From a virus: a stretch of DNA of 64,000 nucleotides. The notes under the pieces are model-generated. The model was not told the origin of the DNA. It saw only the letters and a program-made list of their open reading frames with translations, and did not search any database. A program made the position numbers and the translations under genes. Where the stretch lies: positions 8,446-72,445 of IMG/VR virus record IMGVR_UViG_3300032246_000381; one strand, 5' to 3'. This document shows positions 1 through 7,813 of this stretch, piece after piece (position 1 is the stretch's first letter; each line of letters begins with the position of its first letter).

Positions 1-26
1 CAAATTTTTTCGGCGTAAGATCTTAA
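1..26 (+). CDS. 3' end of upstream gene (partial), probably T4 gp26-like baseplate hub / tail assembly protein, ending ...NFFGVRS*
   Basis: Frame 3 reads AAT TTT TTC GGC GTA AGA TCT TAA (3-26). A C-terminal 'NFF' is typical of gp26-like proteins in T4-like phages, but only 7 codons are visible. Confidence 0.4.
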
Positions 27-238
27 ATTTATCTCTGCCAGAGATCTTACGAGAATCAGAGAAGTTAGACAAAGAGGCGAGAGCTATAAAAAAAGACTGC
101 CTAAAGCTGTCTTGGTATATGCGAGGTCTTAGCTATTCAGAAGTTATGAATATGAGCTACGAAGAACGAGAAATAGTCGGTGAGATAGTTAAAGAAAATC
201 TCGAAACAACTAAGAAATCTGGACTGCCGTTCTTTTAA
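2..238 (+). CDS. gp51-like baseplate hub assembly protein / frameshift extension of the upstream gene
   Basis: Frame 2 is open from 2 to TAA at 236-238 (KFFRRKILNLSLPEILRESEKLDKEARAIKKDCLKLSWYMRGLSYSEVMNMSYEEREIVGEIVKENLETTKKSGLPFF). The WYMRG-LSYSEVMNM..ER pattern resembles gp51-like proteins. Not in the ORF track. Confidence 0.6.
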   Translation, partial: KFFRRKILNLSLPEILRESEKLDKEARAIKKDCLKLSWYMRGLSYSEVMNMSYEEREIVGEIVKENLETTKKSGLPFF

Positions 239-609
239 TGAAATTGTCTTCTAAAATCTGTAACAGCCTGTTGCTGTTGCGGATTTAATTCTTGATTGCG
301 AAGACCGGCTGCTAGAGCCGATTGCAATACTTGAGCATTGATATTCGATGCCGGTTTTAAAGTTCCATTTTGAACCTGAGCAGAAATTGTTTTTAAATTA
401 TTAACATCTGCCGGTAATAATTTTTTACCATTTAGTAGCAAAGACAATACATCATTTAATCCGTTTTGAACTAAATTAGTATCTACTGGTTTTTCTTTGC
501 CTTTAAACCAAGTGCTTGGACTGAACAGATTCTTTGTAGCCTGATAGGCAGTCTGCATAGGATCAGGATCTCCTGCATCTACTTTACCAACTACTTCATT
601 AATTCTCAT
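235..609 (-). CDS. hypothetical virion protein (putative internal head protein)
   Basis: 124-aa ORF with N-terminus MRINE; last gene of a late-promoter operon. Confidence 0.7.
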   Translation of the reverse strand: MRINEVVGKVDAGDPDPMQTAYQATKNLFSPSTWFKGKEKPVDTNLVQNGLNDVLSLLLNGKKLLPADVNNLKTISAQVQNGTLKPASNINAQVLQSALAAGLRNQELNPQQQQAVTDFRRQFH

Positions 610-610
610 A

Positions 611-1747
611 TTAGTGTGTTCTAAAAATGCTGATCTTACCTTCAGCTACCATTCTACGTTTTTCTGCAGCAATGGCTTTCAGTAGTGTTTCAGCAAGATT
701 ATTTCCTGTTCTAATAATGCTGTCTGATGTTGGACCCATAACACGTTCACGTTCTGCATCAATCTCAGCTTGCGACTGTTGTGGAGCAGGCGCAGCAGCA
801 GTTTTCTTATTACGAGTACGTTTTGGTTTAGCACCTTGCTCTTGCCCAGGTGCTTGTTGTGTTGCATCTGCTGCTGGTGCTGCTTGAGTCGCATCTGCTG
901 CTGGTGCTTGTTGTGTTGCATCTGCTGCTGGTGCTGCATTTGGATTACCTGGCTTAGCTTTATTTGTTTTGCTAACCGGAGCATTAGCCATTGTGTTTGC
1001 TGTAGAAGGTGCACCTAGACTGGCGGCCATATTGCCCATTGCAGCGGCACCTGCTGCATCACCTGCCGCTGCTTTAGGATCTGGTGTTCCTAACGACTTG
1101 TTTAGCAATGCTAAAATTCTTTGCTTGCCTTTCTTATCAAGTTGCCCAACTTGTGATTTAACTTGAGCGTATAGTGTTTGTCCTGCTTTTTCTGCTGCTG
1201 GATTAGCTGGAGGTGTTCCTGTTGCGCCGTTTGTAGGAGCTGAACCTGCTGGTGCAGCCGCGCTGCCGCCTTGGGCATTACCACCTGCTACATTAACATT
1301 TGTTGTACTTGGTGCTGCTCCACCTGCTGGTGCTGCTCCACCTGCTGGTGCTGCTGCCACTGGTCTACCGCTAGAATCAAATCCACTGCCACCTGCTGGA
1401 GCACCGCCACCTGCTGGTGCTGCTGCACCACCGCCCGCTGCTGGTGCTGCTGTACCGCCGCCTTGAGCGCCTGCTGCTGGAGCTGCTGCGCCACCTGCTG
1501 CCTGTTGAGGATCTGCTGGAGTTGGATTAGGATCTGCATCACCTGCTACTCTGGCTTTACCTGATGCAAAGCCTTTCTTAAATGCACGTCCCATACCTGC
1601 AACACCGCCTGCTACTGCGCCAACCCCTTTAGCAACACCGCCTGCAACATCACCTACAACGCCACCAATCTTGTTTAAGATTGGTCCTTCTTCAAGATAT
1701 TGTAGTTCGTGTATTTCTGATTCTGTTAGTAATTCTGTTAGTTTCAT
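611..1747 (-). CDS. Ala/Gly/Pro-rich low-complexity protein, putative internal head/ejection protein
   Basis: 378-aa ORF; N-terminus MKLTELLTE; APAGG and APAADATQQ repeats; 1-nt gaps to both neighbours. Confidence 0.75.
   Translation of the reverse strand: MKLTELLTESEIHELQYLEEGPILNKIGGVVGDVAGGVAKGVGAVAGGVAGMGRAFKKGFASGKARVAGDADPNPTPADPQQAAGGAAAPAAGAQGGGTAAPAAGGGAAAPAGGGAPAGGSGFDSSGRPVAAAPAGGAAPAGGAAPSTTNVNVAGGNAQGGSAAAPAGSAPTNGATGTPPANPAAEKAGQTLYAQVKSQVGQLDKKGKQRILALLNKSLGTPDPKAAAGDAAGAAAMGNMAASLGAPSTANTMANAPVSKTNKAKPGNPNAAPAADATQQAPAADATQAAPAADATQQAPGQEQGAKPKRTRNKKTAAAPAPQQSQAEIDAERERVMGPTSDSIIRTGNNLAETLLKAIAAEKRRMVAEGKISIFRTH
849..937 (-). repeat. 27-nt coding tandem repeat (APAADATQQ/APAADATQA, about 3 copies)
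   Basis: TGCTTGTTGTGTTGCATCTGCTGCTGG unit repeated with one variant copy, inside 611..1747. Confidence 0.85.
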
Positions 1748-1748
1748 T

Positions 1749-3221
1749 TTAAGCGGTTCCTAATTGTTTTTGCAGATAGCTTGCGATACGCTGACGTTGT
1801 TTCTTATTTAACTTCAAAACTTGATCTTTGACTTGTTTATATGCACTGGCTGCTGCTGGTGTTTCAGCGGCTGCTGCACCTGCTGAGTCTATTTTCATAT
1901 CGGCATAGACTTTGTCGACTATGTCCGATGTTACTTCCATACTGGCTAAAAACTTTTTGAGTTCTTCAGAATCCGTCGGCGATCCGTCTAGTTTCCACCC
2001 AGCTAGTAATTTTTCATAGGTAACTTTGTTGGTAATATTCTGTCCAACACGATCAATACCCTTGCCTACTGCTGCTGCACCTTTCTTGATCCAATCCATC
2101 GGACCTTCATTTAGTTGACTAGCAGCAACTTTCTTTAATACAACGTAGACCTGGCCTTCACTAAGTGGACGAGTCTGACGATAATAACTTTCTTGTTTTG
2201 CGGGCATCGAACTTGCGCCAGCAACCGCACCTTGACTCAGTGCCTGCCCTGCTTTGGAAACACCGTTTATCCATTGTAGCAAGCTGTCGTTGCTCAGTTG
2301 AACTTGTCGAGCACCCTGCATAATACTGCTGATAGATGACTTGTATTCTGGTGTGTTTATTTCTCTAGCAATAGTTTTTAATGTATCAAAGCCACCTGCT
2401 TGACCATCCCTAATAGCATTCATTGCCTGTGTCACAGCTTCTCGCTGTTCTGGAAACACTGTGATATTAAATCCCTGTATTGTTTCTGTAGAACTCATTC
2501 CAGGTGCGGTCAGTGTTTGTGTTGCACCCCAGTTGACTTTTTCTAGTCCTGCATCTTTAGGTCCAAACGGTATTGCTTGTTCTCTAAATCCACCAACCCA
2601 ATTGCCTAACACTTCAAAGGCTTTGCCAGATAGATAACCCAGTGCTGCGGTCTTAATACCTTTACCGATGGCAGTTGAAAGTTTTTCACCTTTTAGTAAT
2701 TCTGTAGCACCTTTAAGTACTTGACCAGCAATAGCGCCGCCAACAGGACCACCAGCGAGCGAAGCGAGGGCCGTCAAGATTCCGATTACTGCTGCGGTCT
2801 TACCAGGATTATCCTTAACCCAAATAGCCAAGTTTGAAACTCCGTCAAGTATTTTACTGTCAGGGAACTTGGTATTAATGTCATTCTTTAGTTTTTCGAA
2901 CTTGGCATCAAAGTTCTTAACAGGAGTAGTGTCCTGTAGCCATTTACCTGCTTTGTCAATAATGGCATTGACCTGTTTAACTCCGTCTACACCAAGACCC
3001 GCTAGTGTTCTGTTGTTTCCACCTGCTACGGCCTGTTGCTCAACGTTCTTGAATATGTCTTTTACTTGATCAGCTGTCAGAGTTGCTTCGATTAAAGGCA
3101 CGAATTCATTATAGATGTTTTCTACAATAGTTCTTTGTTGCTGTGTTAGTCCATCACACGATTCTTTTAATAATTGCTTTCTCGAATAGTTGTGATTTTC
3201 TAATAATTGTTCAATACGCAT
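1749..3221 (-). CDS. hypothetical virion protein, putative internal head/ejection protein with a hydrophobic Gly-rich segment
   Basis: 490-aa ORF with N-terminus MRIEQLLE; hydrophobic AAVIGILTALASLAGGPVGGAIAG stretch; downstream of a TAAATA motif. Confidence 0.75.
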   Translation of the reverse strand: MRIEQLLENHNYSRKQLLKESCDGLTQQQRTIVENIYNEFVPLIEATLTADQVKDIFKNVEQQAVAGGNNRTLAGLGVDGVKQVNAIIDKAGKWLQDTTPVKNFDAKFEKLKNDINTKFPDSKILDGVSNLAIWVKDNPGKTAAVIGILTALASLAGGPVGGAIAGQVLKGATELLKGEKLSTAIGKGIKTAALGYLSGKAFEVLGNWVGGFREQAIPFGPKDAGLEKVNWGATQTLTAPGMSSTETIQGFNITVFPEQREAVTQAMNAIRDGQAGGFDTLKTIAREINTPEYKSSISSIMQGARQVQLSNDSLLQWINGVSKAGQALSQGAVAGASSMPAKQESYYRQTRPLSEGQVYVVLKKVAASQLNEGPMDWIKKGAAAVGKGIDRVGQNITNKVTYEKLLAGWKLDGSPTDSEELKKFLASMEVTSDIVDKVYADMKIDSAGAAAAETPAAASAYKQVKDQVLKLNKKQRQRIASYLQKQLGTA

Positions 3222-3244
3222 TTATGATCCAAAGATATATGTGT

Positions 3245-3252
3245 TATTTATT
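3245..3252 (-). promoter_or_regulatory. T4-type late promoter (AATAAATA)
   Basis: Plus-strand TATTTATT at 3245-3252, 23 nt upstream of the ATG at 3221. The T4 late consensus is TATAAATA. Confidence 0.65.
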
Positions 3253-3254
3253 AA

Positions 3255-3708
3255 GAACGAGCTTACGCTCGTTTGCTTTTTCGCTTGCGCTCAAAGCACT
3301 TTTTTTCTTTCTTTTATTATTGAACTTATAGTAAGTGCGAAGCACTTTAAGTATTATGCAGATTGTTCAGTCACACTTAACCCAGGACGGGTTAAGAAGC
3401 ATTATGCGAGTTGCACAGTACACTTAGCGTTAAAGCAGTTACAGAGGCGGTCATCCGGTACCTCGAGCTCAGTCAATATGACGGTGGATCAATACATATA
3501 CGCTAACATACGTATCAACCTAAGGGTTTCTCTCCCTTCTTTTTGCCTTGTTTTTCTTTTCAAATAACCAAATCGCAGGGCTTAGTAGCGATCGTCATCC
3601 TTTCGGGTAGTGGTTAAGCACCTTTGCGGCAAGGTTTTCCATCCCTGTGTACACGTAGACCAGGTTTAGAGCGCACGAAATTAGGCCTGCGCCAGCCAAA
3701 AAACCGCT
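3255..3708 (-). ncRNA. candidate large structured non-coding RNA (or structured ssDNA element) of unknown class
   Basis: Gene-free interval with more than 10 hairpins. GNRA loops (GAAA, GUAA, GCAA) and G-U pairs occur only in the minus orientation. There is a 7-nt loop/distal complementarity (3500-3506 with 3424-3430). Confidence 0.6.
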
Positions 3709-4143
3709 TTATTTTGCCTTTGGTTGTTCTAAAAGACGCTGTCTAAGTATATTTGATCCGCCAACTCTGACGTTTATAATGCCATTATAATAGTCATCAG
3801 TTTCTAAAACTCTACGTTCAAACTGTTCTCTAGCTTCTAAATAACTTAGTTCTGCCTTGGATTTGCAAAGATATAGTATTTCTCTTGTGAATTTTTCCGG
3901 ACCTAATGCTTGGACGTCTGCGTTTAACCTATCAGATGAACCCCAGTATTCGCGCCAATCGCTTTCTACTGTGCTTCTTCTTTTAAGTTTTTTGCCTTTG
4001 AGTGGGGGTTTTGTACGTTTAAACTGTGCTAGTTTCTTGCCTATGTACTTCTGTCCGGTTACGGTGTTCGTGATTATGTAAACAAAGCCAATATAGCCTT
4101 CTGGGATTTCATCTACGGGTTGATTTTGATACGTCCATTGCAC
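3709..4143 (-). CDS. GIY-YIG family endonuclease (Seg / Endo II-like)
   Basis: GFVYIITNTVTGQKYIGKK (GIY-YIG motif), YWGSS, FTREIL, conserved E in LSYLEAREQF, and YYN at the end. Confidence 0.85.
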   Translation of the reverse strand: MQWTYQNQPVDEIPEGYIGFVYIITNTVTGQKYIGKKLAQFKRTKPPLKGKKLKRRSTVESDWREYWGSSDRLNADVQALGPEKFTREILYLCKSKAELSYLEAREQFERRVLETDDYYNGIINVRVGGSNILRQRLLEQPKAK

Positions 4144-4374
4144 TCATTTAGTTACCTTGGGAGGCCTTCCAGGCTTGCCTTTTCTGGTTGCTTTACGTGC
4201 TTCTCGTTTTGCCTGTATTTCTGTTCGCCTAGTTGATGCCTCGTTGCGTATTTCTGATAGCCAATATCGTGCCTTAATGCCTGCTTCGTCTGAGCCTCTG
4301 TATTCAAATCGATCCTGCCACTTAAAATATTCCTGAAAAGCAGCGATCATCTTATCGTGACTGTCTGTACTCAA
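4144..4374 (-). CDS. small basic protein, possibly nucleic-acid binding (histone-like Hc1-type fold suspected)
   Basis: 76 aa; AGIKARYWLSEIRNEASTRRTEIQ helix followed by a K/R-rich tail (RKGKPGRPPK). Confidence 0.6.
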   Translation of the reverse strand: MSTDSHDKMIAAFQEYFKWQDRFEYRGSDEAGIKARYWLSEIRNEASTRRTEIQAKREARKATRKGKPGRPPKVTK

Positions 4375-4991
4375 GGTTCTCGTCCAAGAAATACGTTACC
4401 TGATACAGAAATGCGTGTTTCTGTAGAATCGCTGAAAGGATATACACAGTGTCTCAATAGACTAGGAAACATCATAGTCTTTCCTACGCTGTTTTTGTCA
4501 ACATTCATAGTTGCGCCCTGTGTGCGTCCTAGTATATCTGTATAGGTAAACTCCAATTGACCACTAAACTGATCTTTAGTATAGTCTACTACATCGGGAA
4601 TTCTAAGCCAGATAGTGTAACTCAGTACTCCGCCGTGCATATGATTGGGAATAAACTCCCCAGCCTTTTGAAAATTGATCCAAGGACGTTCACAGTAGTA
4701 TTCTGGAGTGATATTAGGAGCATCAAAGGTCATTAGATAGTGACAGCTATTTCTGTACAACTGTGTGCATTCTAGAATATACTGTTTTAGTAGATCTTCT
4801 GTAGGTTTAGTGAACCGGTAGTGCTTAGGTACACCTTTAGAAGTTAATCCTGAAGCAGTTTCTTCAGCTGATGCAACATCTTGTTCTATTTGATCTACTT
4901 CAGACAGCATTTTAACCAATAGATCTTTAGGAGCAGATGCCCTAAAGATATTCATATTAGTTAATGCTATGTTGCCGCTGTCAAATTTCAC
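4371..4991 (-). CDS. putative 2OG-Fe(II) oxygenase
   Basis: PNHMHGGVLS (HxH), FPSLLRHCVYP (distal His) and RISVSGN (2OG-binding RxS) motifs. Confidence 0.8.
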   Translation of the reverse strand: MKFDSGNIALTNMNIFRASAPKDLLVKMLSEVDQIEQDVASAEETASGLTSKGVPKHYRFTKPTEDLLKQYILECTQLYRNSCHYLMTFDAPNITPEYYCERPWINFQKAGEFIPNHMHGGVLSYTIWLRIPDVVDYTKDQFSGQLEFTYTDILGRTQGATMNVDKNSVGKTMMFPSLLRHCVYPFSDSTETRISVSGNVFLGREP

Positions 4992-6766
4992 CCAACAATC
5001 TCCACGTCATTGCTATAACTGGTAAATCCGTTTTCTTTAATAACCTTGAGCACGTGATTAACACGACTGGTTAGATCATCACGATGTGAAATTAAGAATA
5101 CATTCTTATCTCGTTCACGAGTCATCTTCTTAAGTACTGCAATTGAGCTTTCAACCCCGGAACTATCCATCCCGCTGTCTACAAGTTCGTCGATGAACAG
5201 TAAGTTAATGCTGTGATATAGGTTCTCCCACACATCTCGGAATGCCCAGGACATACTGAGTATCAAACGGTTACGTTCACCACGGCTTAAATTGTCAAAG
5301 TCTAGGTCTTGGCCTAGCTGTGTGATAATAACTGTTAGGTCATTCTGGAATTCTACAATGTGCGGTAAGCCAATCTTGTCAAGATAGTAAGTCAATCGTT
5401 GATTCAAGAACGCTAGATTCTGATCAATAATTCGTTTACGCACAAAGCTGTCTTTGTTTGTCAGTAACTTATACAAGAACTCCTGATGTTCTTTAACACG
5501 TACCAGCTCATTGACCTGATTCCAATCAATTTCCTGCACCGCAGTAGTTTTCAGTTCAGTGATCTGATCGTCGTAGGGATTAGATTCGGCAACTTTAACA
5601 GTTAGATCACGTTCTAGACTGTCAATTGTGCTTTTATGATTAAGCGCCTGCTCTAGTGTGTCGTAGAACACCTTAGGCATCGGACCCAGTTCACCTACTT
5701 CTTTGAGAGCATCTGTAAGTTCAATCCACTGAGTGTTATCTGAGAGGTATTGTAGCGCAGACTCTTGTAGAGCTTTCTTTTTACCTGCCAGCACTTCTTC
5801 GTGTTTGGTATCGTGTAGGTCTTGACCACAGGCATAACACTTGTGATCTTCGAGATCTGCAATTTCTTTTTTCAGTTTATCGCTTTGCTTGGTATCTCGT
5901 TCCATATCCAGCTCAGCACGAGCAATAGCTTTAGTTAGATCTGCGATGTCTTTGCTTTTGCTATTGTATTCAATTAATGATCTATGTGCTAGAATCTCTG
6001 AGTCAATATCAATATGACTCAGTGTTTCAATACTCTTACGTAGATTATCCAACGCACTTTCTTTAGTTTCTTCCCACATACGCTGTTTTCTTTCCAGCGA
6101 TTCAATACTCTGTTGAATACGTTCATTTGAAACTTTGATAGTTTCGATGCGAGTATTTTCTGTAGTGATTGCATCCTTGGTAATCTTGGTCTGTTCTTTA
6201 AGAGCTTCTGCTTTTTCACTCAACAGAGTAATACCCAACAACTGCTCAATGATCATACGCTGTTCAGCAGCCTTAGTTGCCAAGAACGGTTCTGTGTAGG
6301 TATTCAACGCCACTAGATGCTTGAACATCTCGTGCTTCATACCAAACATCTCTTCAATTGCCTTCTGTGTTTCTCTGCTGTCGCCCTGACTTTCGTCTAG
6401 ATCTTCTAGTTCTTGTTCCTGACCGTTGACACTGAACTTTAGAACATTGGGTTTACGACCACGCTCAATGTGATAGTCAATGCCATCCTTTTCAAAGCTG
6501 ACAGTTACCAACATACCTTTGCCGTTGATCTTGTTAATCAAGTTATCACGTTTGATATTTGTCAATGCCTGTCCGTAGATAGCATAGCTAAGACCGTTAA
6601 TGATTGTGGTTTTACCTGTGCCGTTACGAGCTCCGCTGTCGTCTCCTCCTAGATCTAGGTTTTCACCTAGCACCAGAGTCAGCTGTCCTCGATCAAAGTC
6701 GATGGCCTGGGTCTGTGCGCCCACGCTCATAAAATTACGTACTGTGAGATTCTTAATTTTTATCAT
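4988..6766 (-). CDS. gp46: recombination endonuclease ATPase subunit (Rad50/SbcC-like, T4 gp46)
   Basis: Walker A NGTGKT, CYAC zinc hook, LSRGE signature, LFIDE Walker B, ISH motif. Confidence 0.95.
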   Translation of the reverse strand: MIKIKNLTVRNFMSVGAQTQAIDFDRGQLTLVLGENLDLGGDDSGARNGTGKTTIINGLSYAIYGQALTNIKRDNLINKINGKGMLVTVSFEKDGIDYHIERGRKPNVLKFSVNGQEQELEDLDESQGDSRETQKAIEEMFGMKHEMFKHLVALNTYTEPFLATKAAEQRMIIEQLLGITLLSEKAEALKEQTKITKDAITTENTRIETIKVSNERIQQSIESLERKQRMWEETKESALDNLRKSIETLSHIDIDSEILAHRSLIEYNSKSKDIADLTKAIARAELDMERDTKQSDKLKKEIADLEDHKCYACGQDLHDTKHEEVLAGKKKALQESALQYLSDNTQWIELTDALKEVGELGPMPKVFYDTLEQALNHKSTIDSLERDLTVKVAESNPYDDQITELKTTAVQEIDWNQVNELVRVKEHQEFLYKLLTNKDSFVRKRIIDQNLAFLNQRLTYYLDKIGLPHIVEFQNDLTVIITQLGQDLDFDNLSRGERNRLILSMSWAFRDVWENLYHSINLLFIDELVDSGMDSSGVESSIAVLKKMTRERDKNVFLISHRDDLTSRVNHVLKVIKENGFTSYSNDVEIVG

Positions 6767-7773
6767 AGTTCTTGGTAAATTCCTAACAGCAGATTTTTGT
6801 CATAGCTGTCACTGTCAATAGCATTGATCTGATTCATCACAATCGTGTCAACACTTTCAAAGTTAATGTCAATTGGTGTGTGGTTGCTTTCAACTTCTAC
6901 TTTTTCTGGAATAAGCATCAGTTCACGCAGTTGGAATTCTAGCATAAACTTTTCTTTGATATAGTTTGCTTCTTCAAAAGTGATAGGCAAGTCGATGGTT
7001 ACACGACAGTGCATTTTTTCACGCAGTAATTTTTCTGGTGTGTCGATGATCTGGCTTAATTTGTATGTTCTATATATCGGTTGAGCGTCCCAAGTTAAGT
7101 ACTCAGGTTTCCCACCCCACTCGAGAATCATCATACCGCGATCATCATCGCCGGCATCTGCATAATTGTGCGGAAACGCATTACCAATATAGGTAATGTT
7201 GCCTTTAGTCTGACGCTTGTGAAAGTGTCCACTGAATACATATTCCTGGTTAACGAAATCATCACCTTTCAACTGACCGTGATCGGGCATCTGTACCATA
7301 GCATTCATATAGAATAATGGTAATTCAAAGTGTCCAAACACATAACGGCTTTTCAGCTTAGGTACAGTCTTCCATTCATCACCGACTAGCCAAGGCATAA
7401 TGGTTACACCACCTTCTGTCAGTGTTTCTTTAATTGGAATAACGTTTGGAAACAGACGCATAAATTCAACAGAGTTGATTTCTCGCTTGTCTTTGTAGAA
7501 TAGATCGTGATTGCCTAATATGAAATAAACCTTTTCAAAGCTCTGACTAAGTTTTTCCAAATTAGATACTGTATAGTTCATAGTACTAACGTCTGTAGTA
7601 CTACGATTGTGGTGCCAATCGCCCAAGAAAATTGCTGTTTCGCAATTTTCCCGCTTCGCGGTTTCGCAAAACCAAGTCACAAAATCTTCGCAATCTTGAT
7701 TATGGGTACGGCTACCAGATTTTAAACCGAAATGTATATCGGTAAAACACGCTACTTTTTTGAATAGTTCCAT
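6763..7773 (-). CDS. gp47: recombination endonuclease nuclease subunit (Mre11/SbcD-like, T4 gp47)
   Basis: Metallophosphoesterase motifs TDIHFG, LGDW, GNHD, GHFE, SGHFH; adjacent to gp46. Confidence 0.95.
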   Translation of the reverse strand: MELFKKVACFTDIHFGLKSGSRTHNQDCEDFVTWFCETAKRENCETAIFLGDWHHNRSTTDVSTMNYTVSNLEKLSQSFEKVYFILGNHDLFYKDKREINSVEFMRLFPNVIPIKETLTEGGVTIMPWLVGDEWKTVPKLKSRYVFGHFELPLFYMNAMVQMPDHGQLKGDDFVNQEYVFSGHFHKRQTKGNITYIGNAFPHNYADAGDDDRGMMILEWGGKPEYLTWDAQPIYRTYKLSQIIDTPEKLLREKMHCRVTIDLPITFEEANYIKEKFMLEFQLRELMLIPEKVEVESNHTPIDINFESVDTIVMNQINAIDSDSYDKNLLLGIYQEL

Positions 7774-7813
7774 ATGATCTCCTTTATTATTGTAACACGT
7801 CTACAACAATAGA

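Noticed and set aside
849-1510. Possible CRISPR array or DNA-level repeat system
   Set aside because: The repeats are in-frame coding repeats without unique spacers, and there are no cas genes in the window.
627-1564. Poly-Gln, poly-Cys and other overlapping ORFs
   Set aside because: These are alternative-frame and antisense shadows of the GCA/GCT-rich Ala/Gly/Pro repeats in 611..1747.
3241-3567. 108-aa plus-strand ORF (and 3143..3331) over the structured interval
   Set aside because: No RBS, atypical composition, and opposite to the local gene direction. The hairpin density is better explained by a non-coding element.
3255-4143. Group I intron carrying a GIY-YIG homing endonuclease
   Set aside because: The flanking genes are intact rather than split exons, and I could not find the P7 or other catalytic-core motifs. 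A covariance search would be needed to exclude a derived form.
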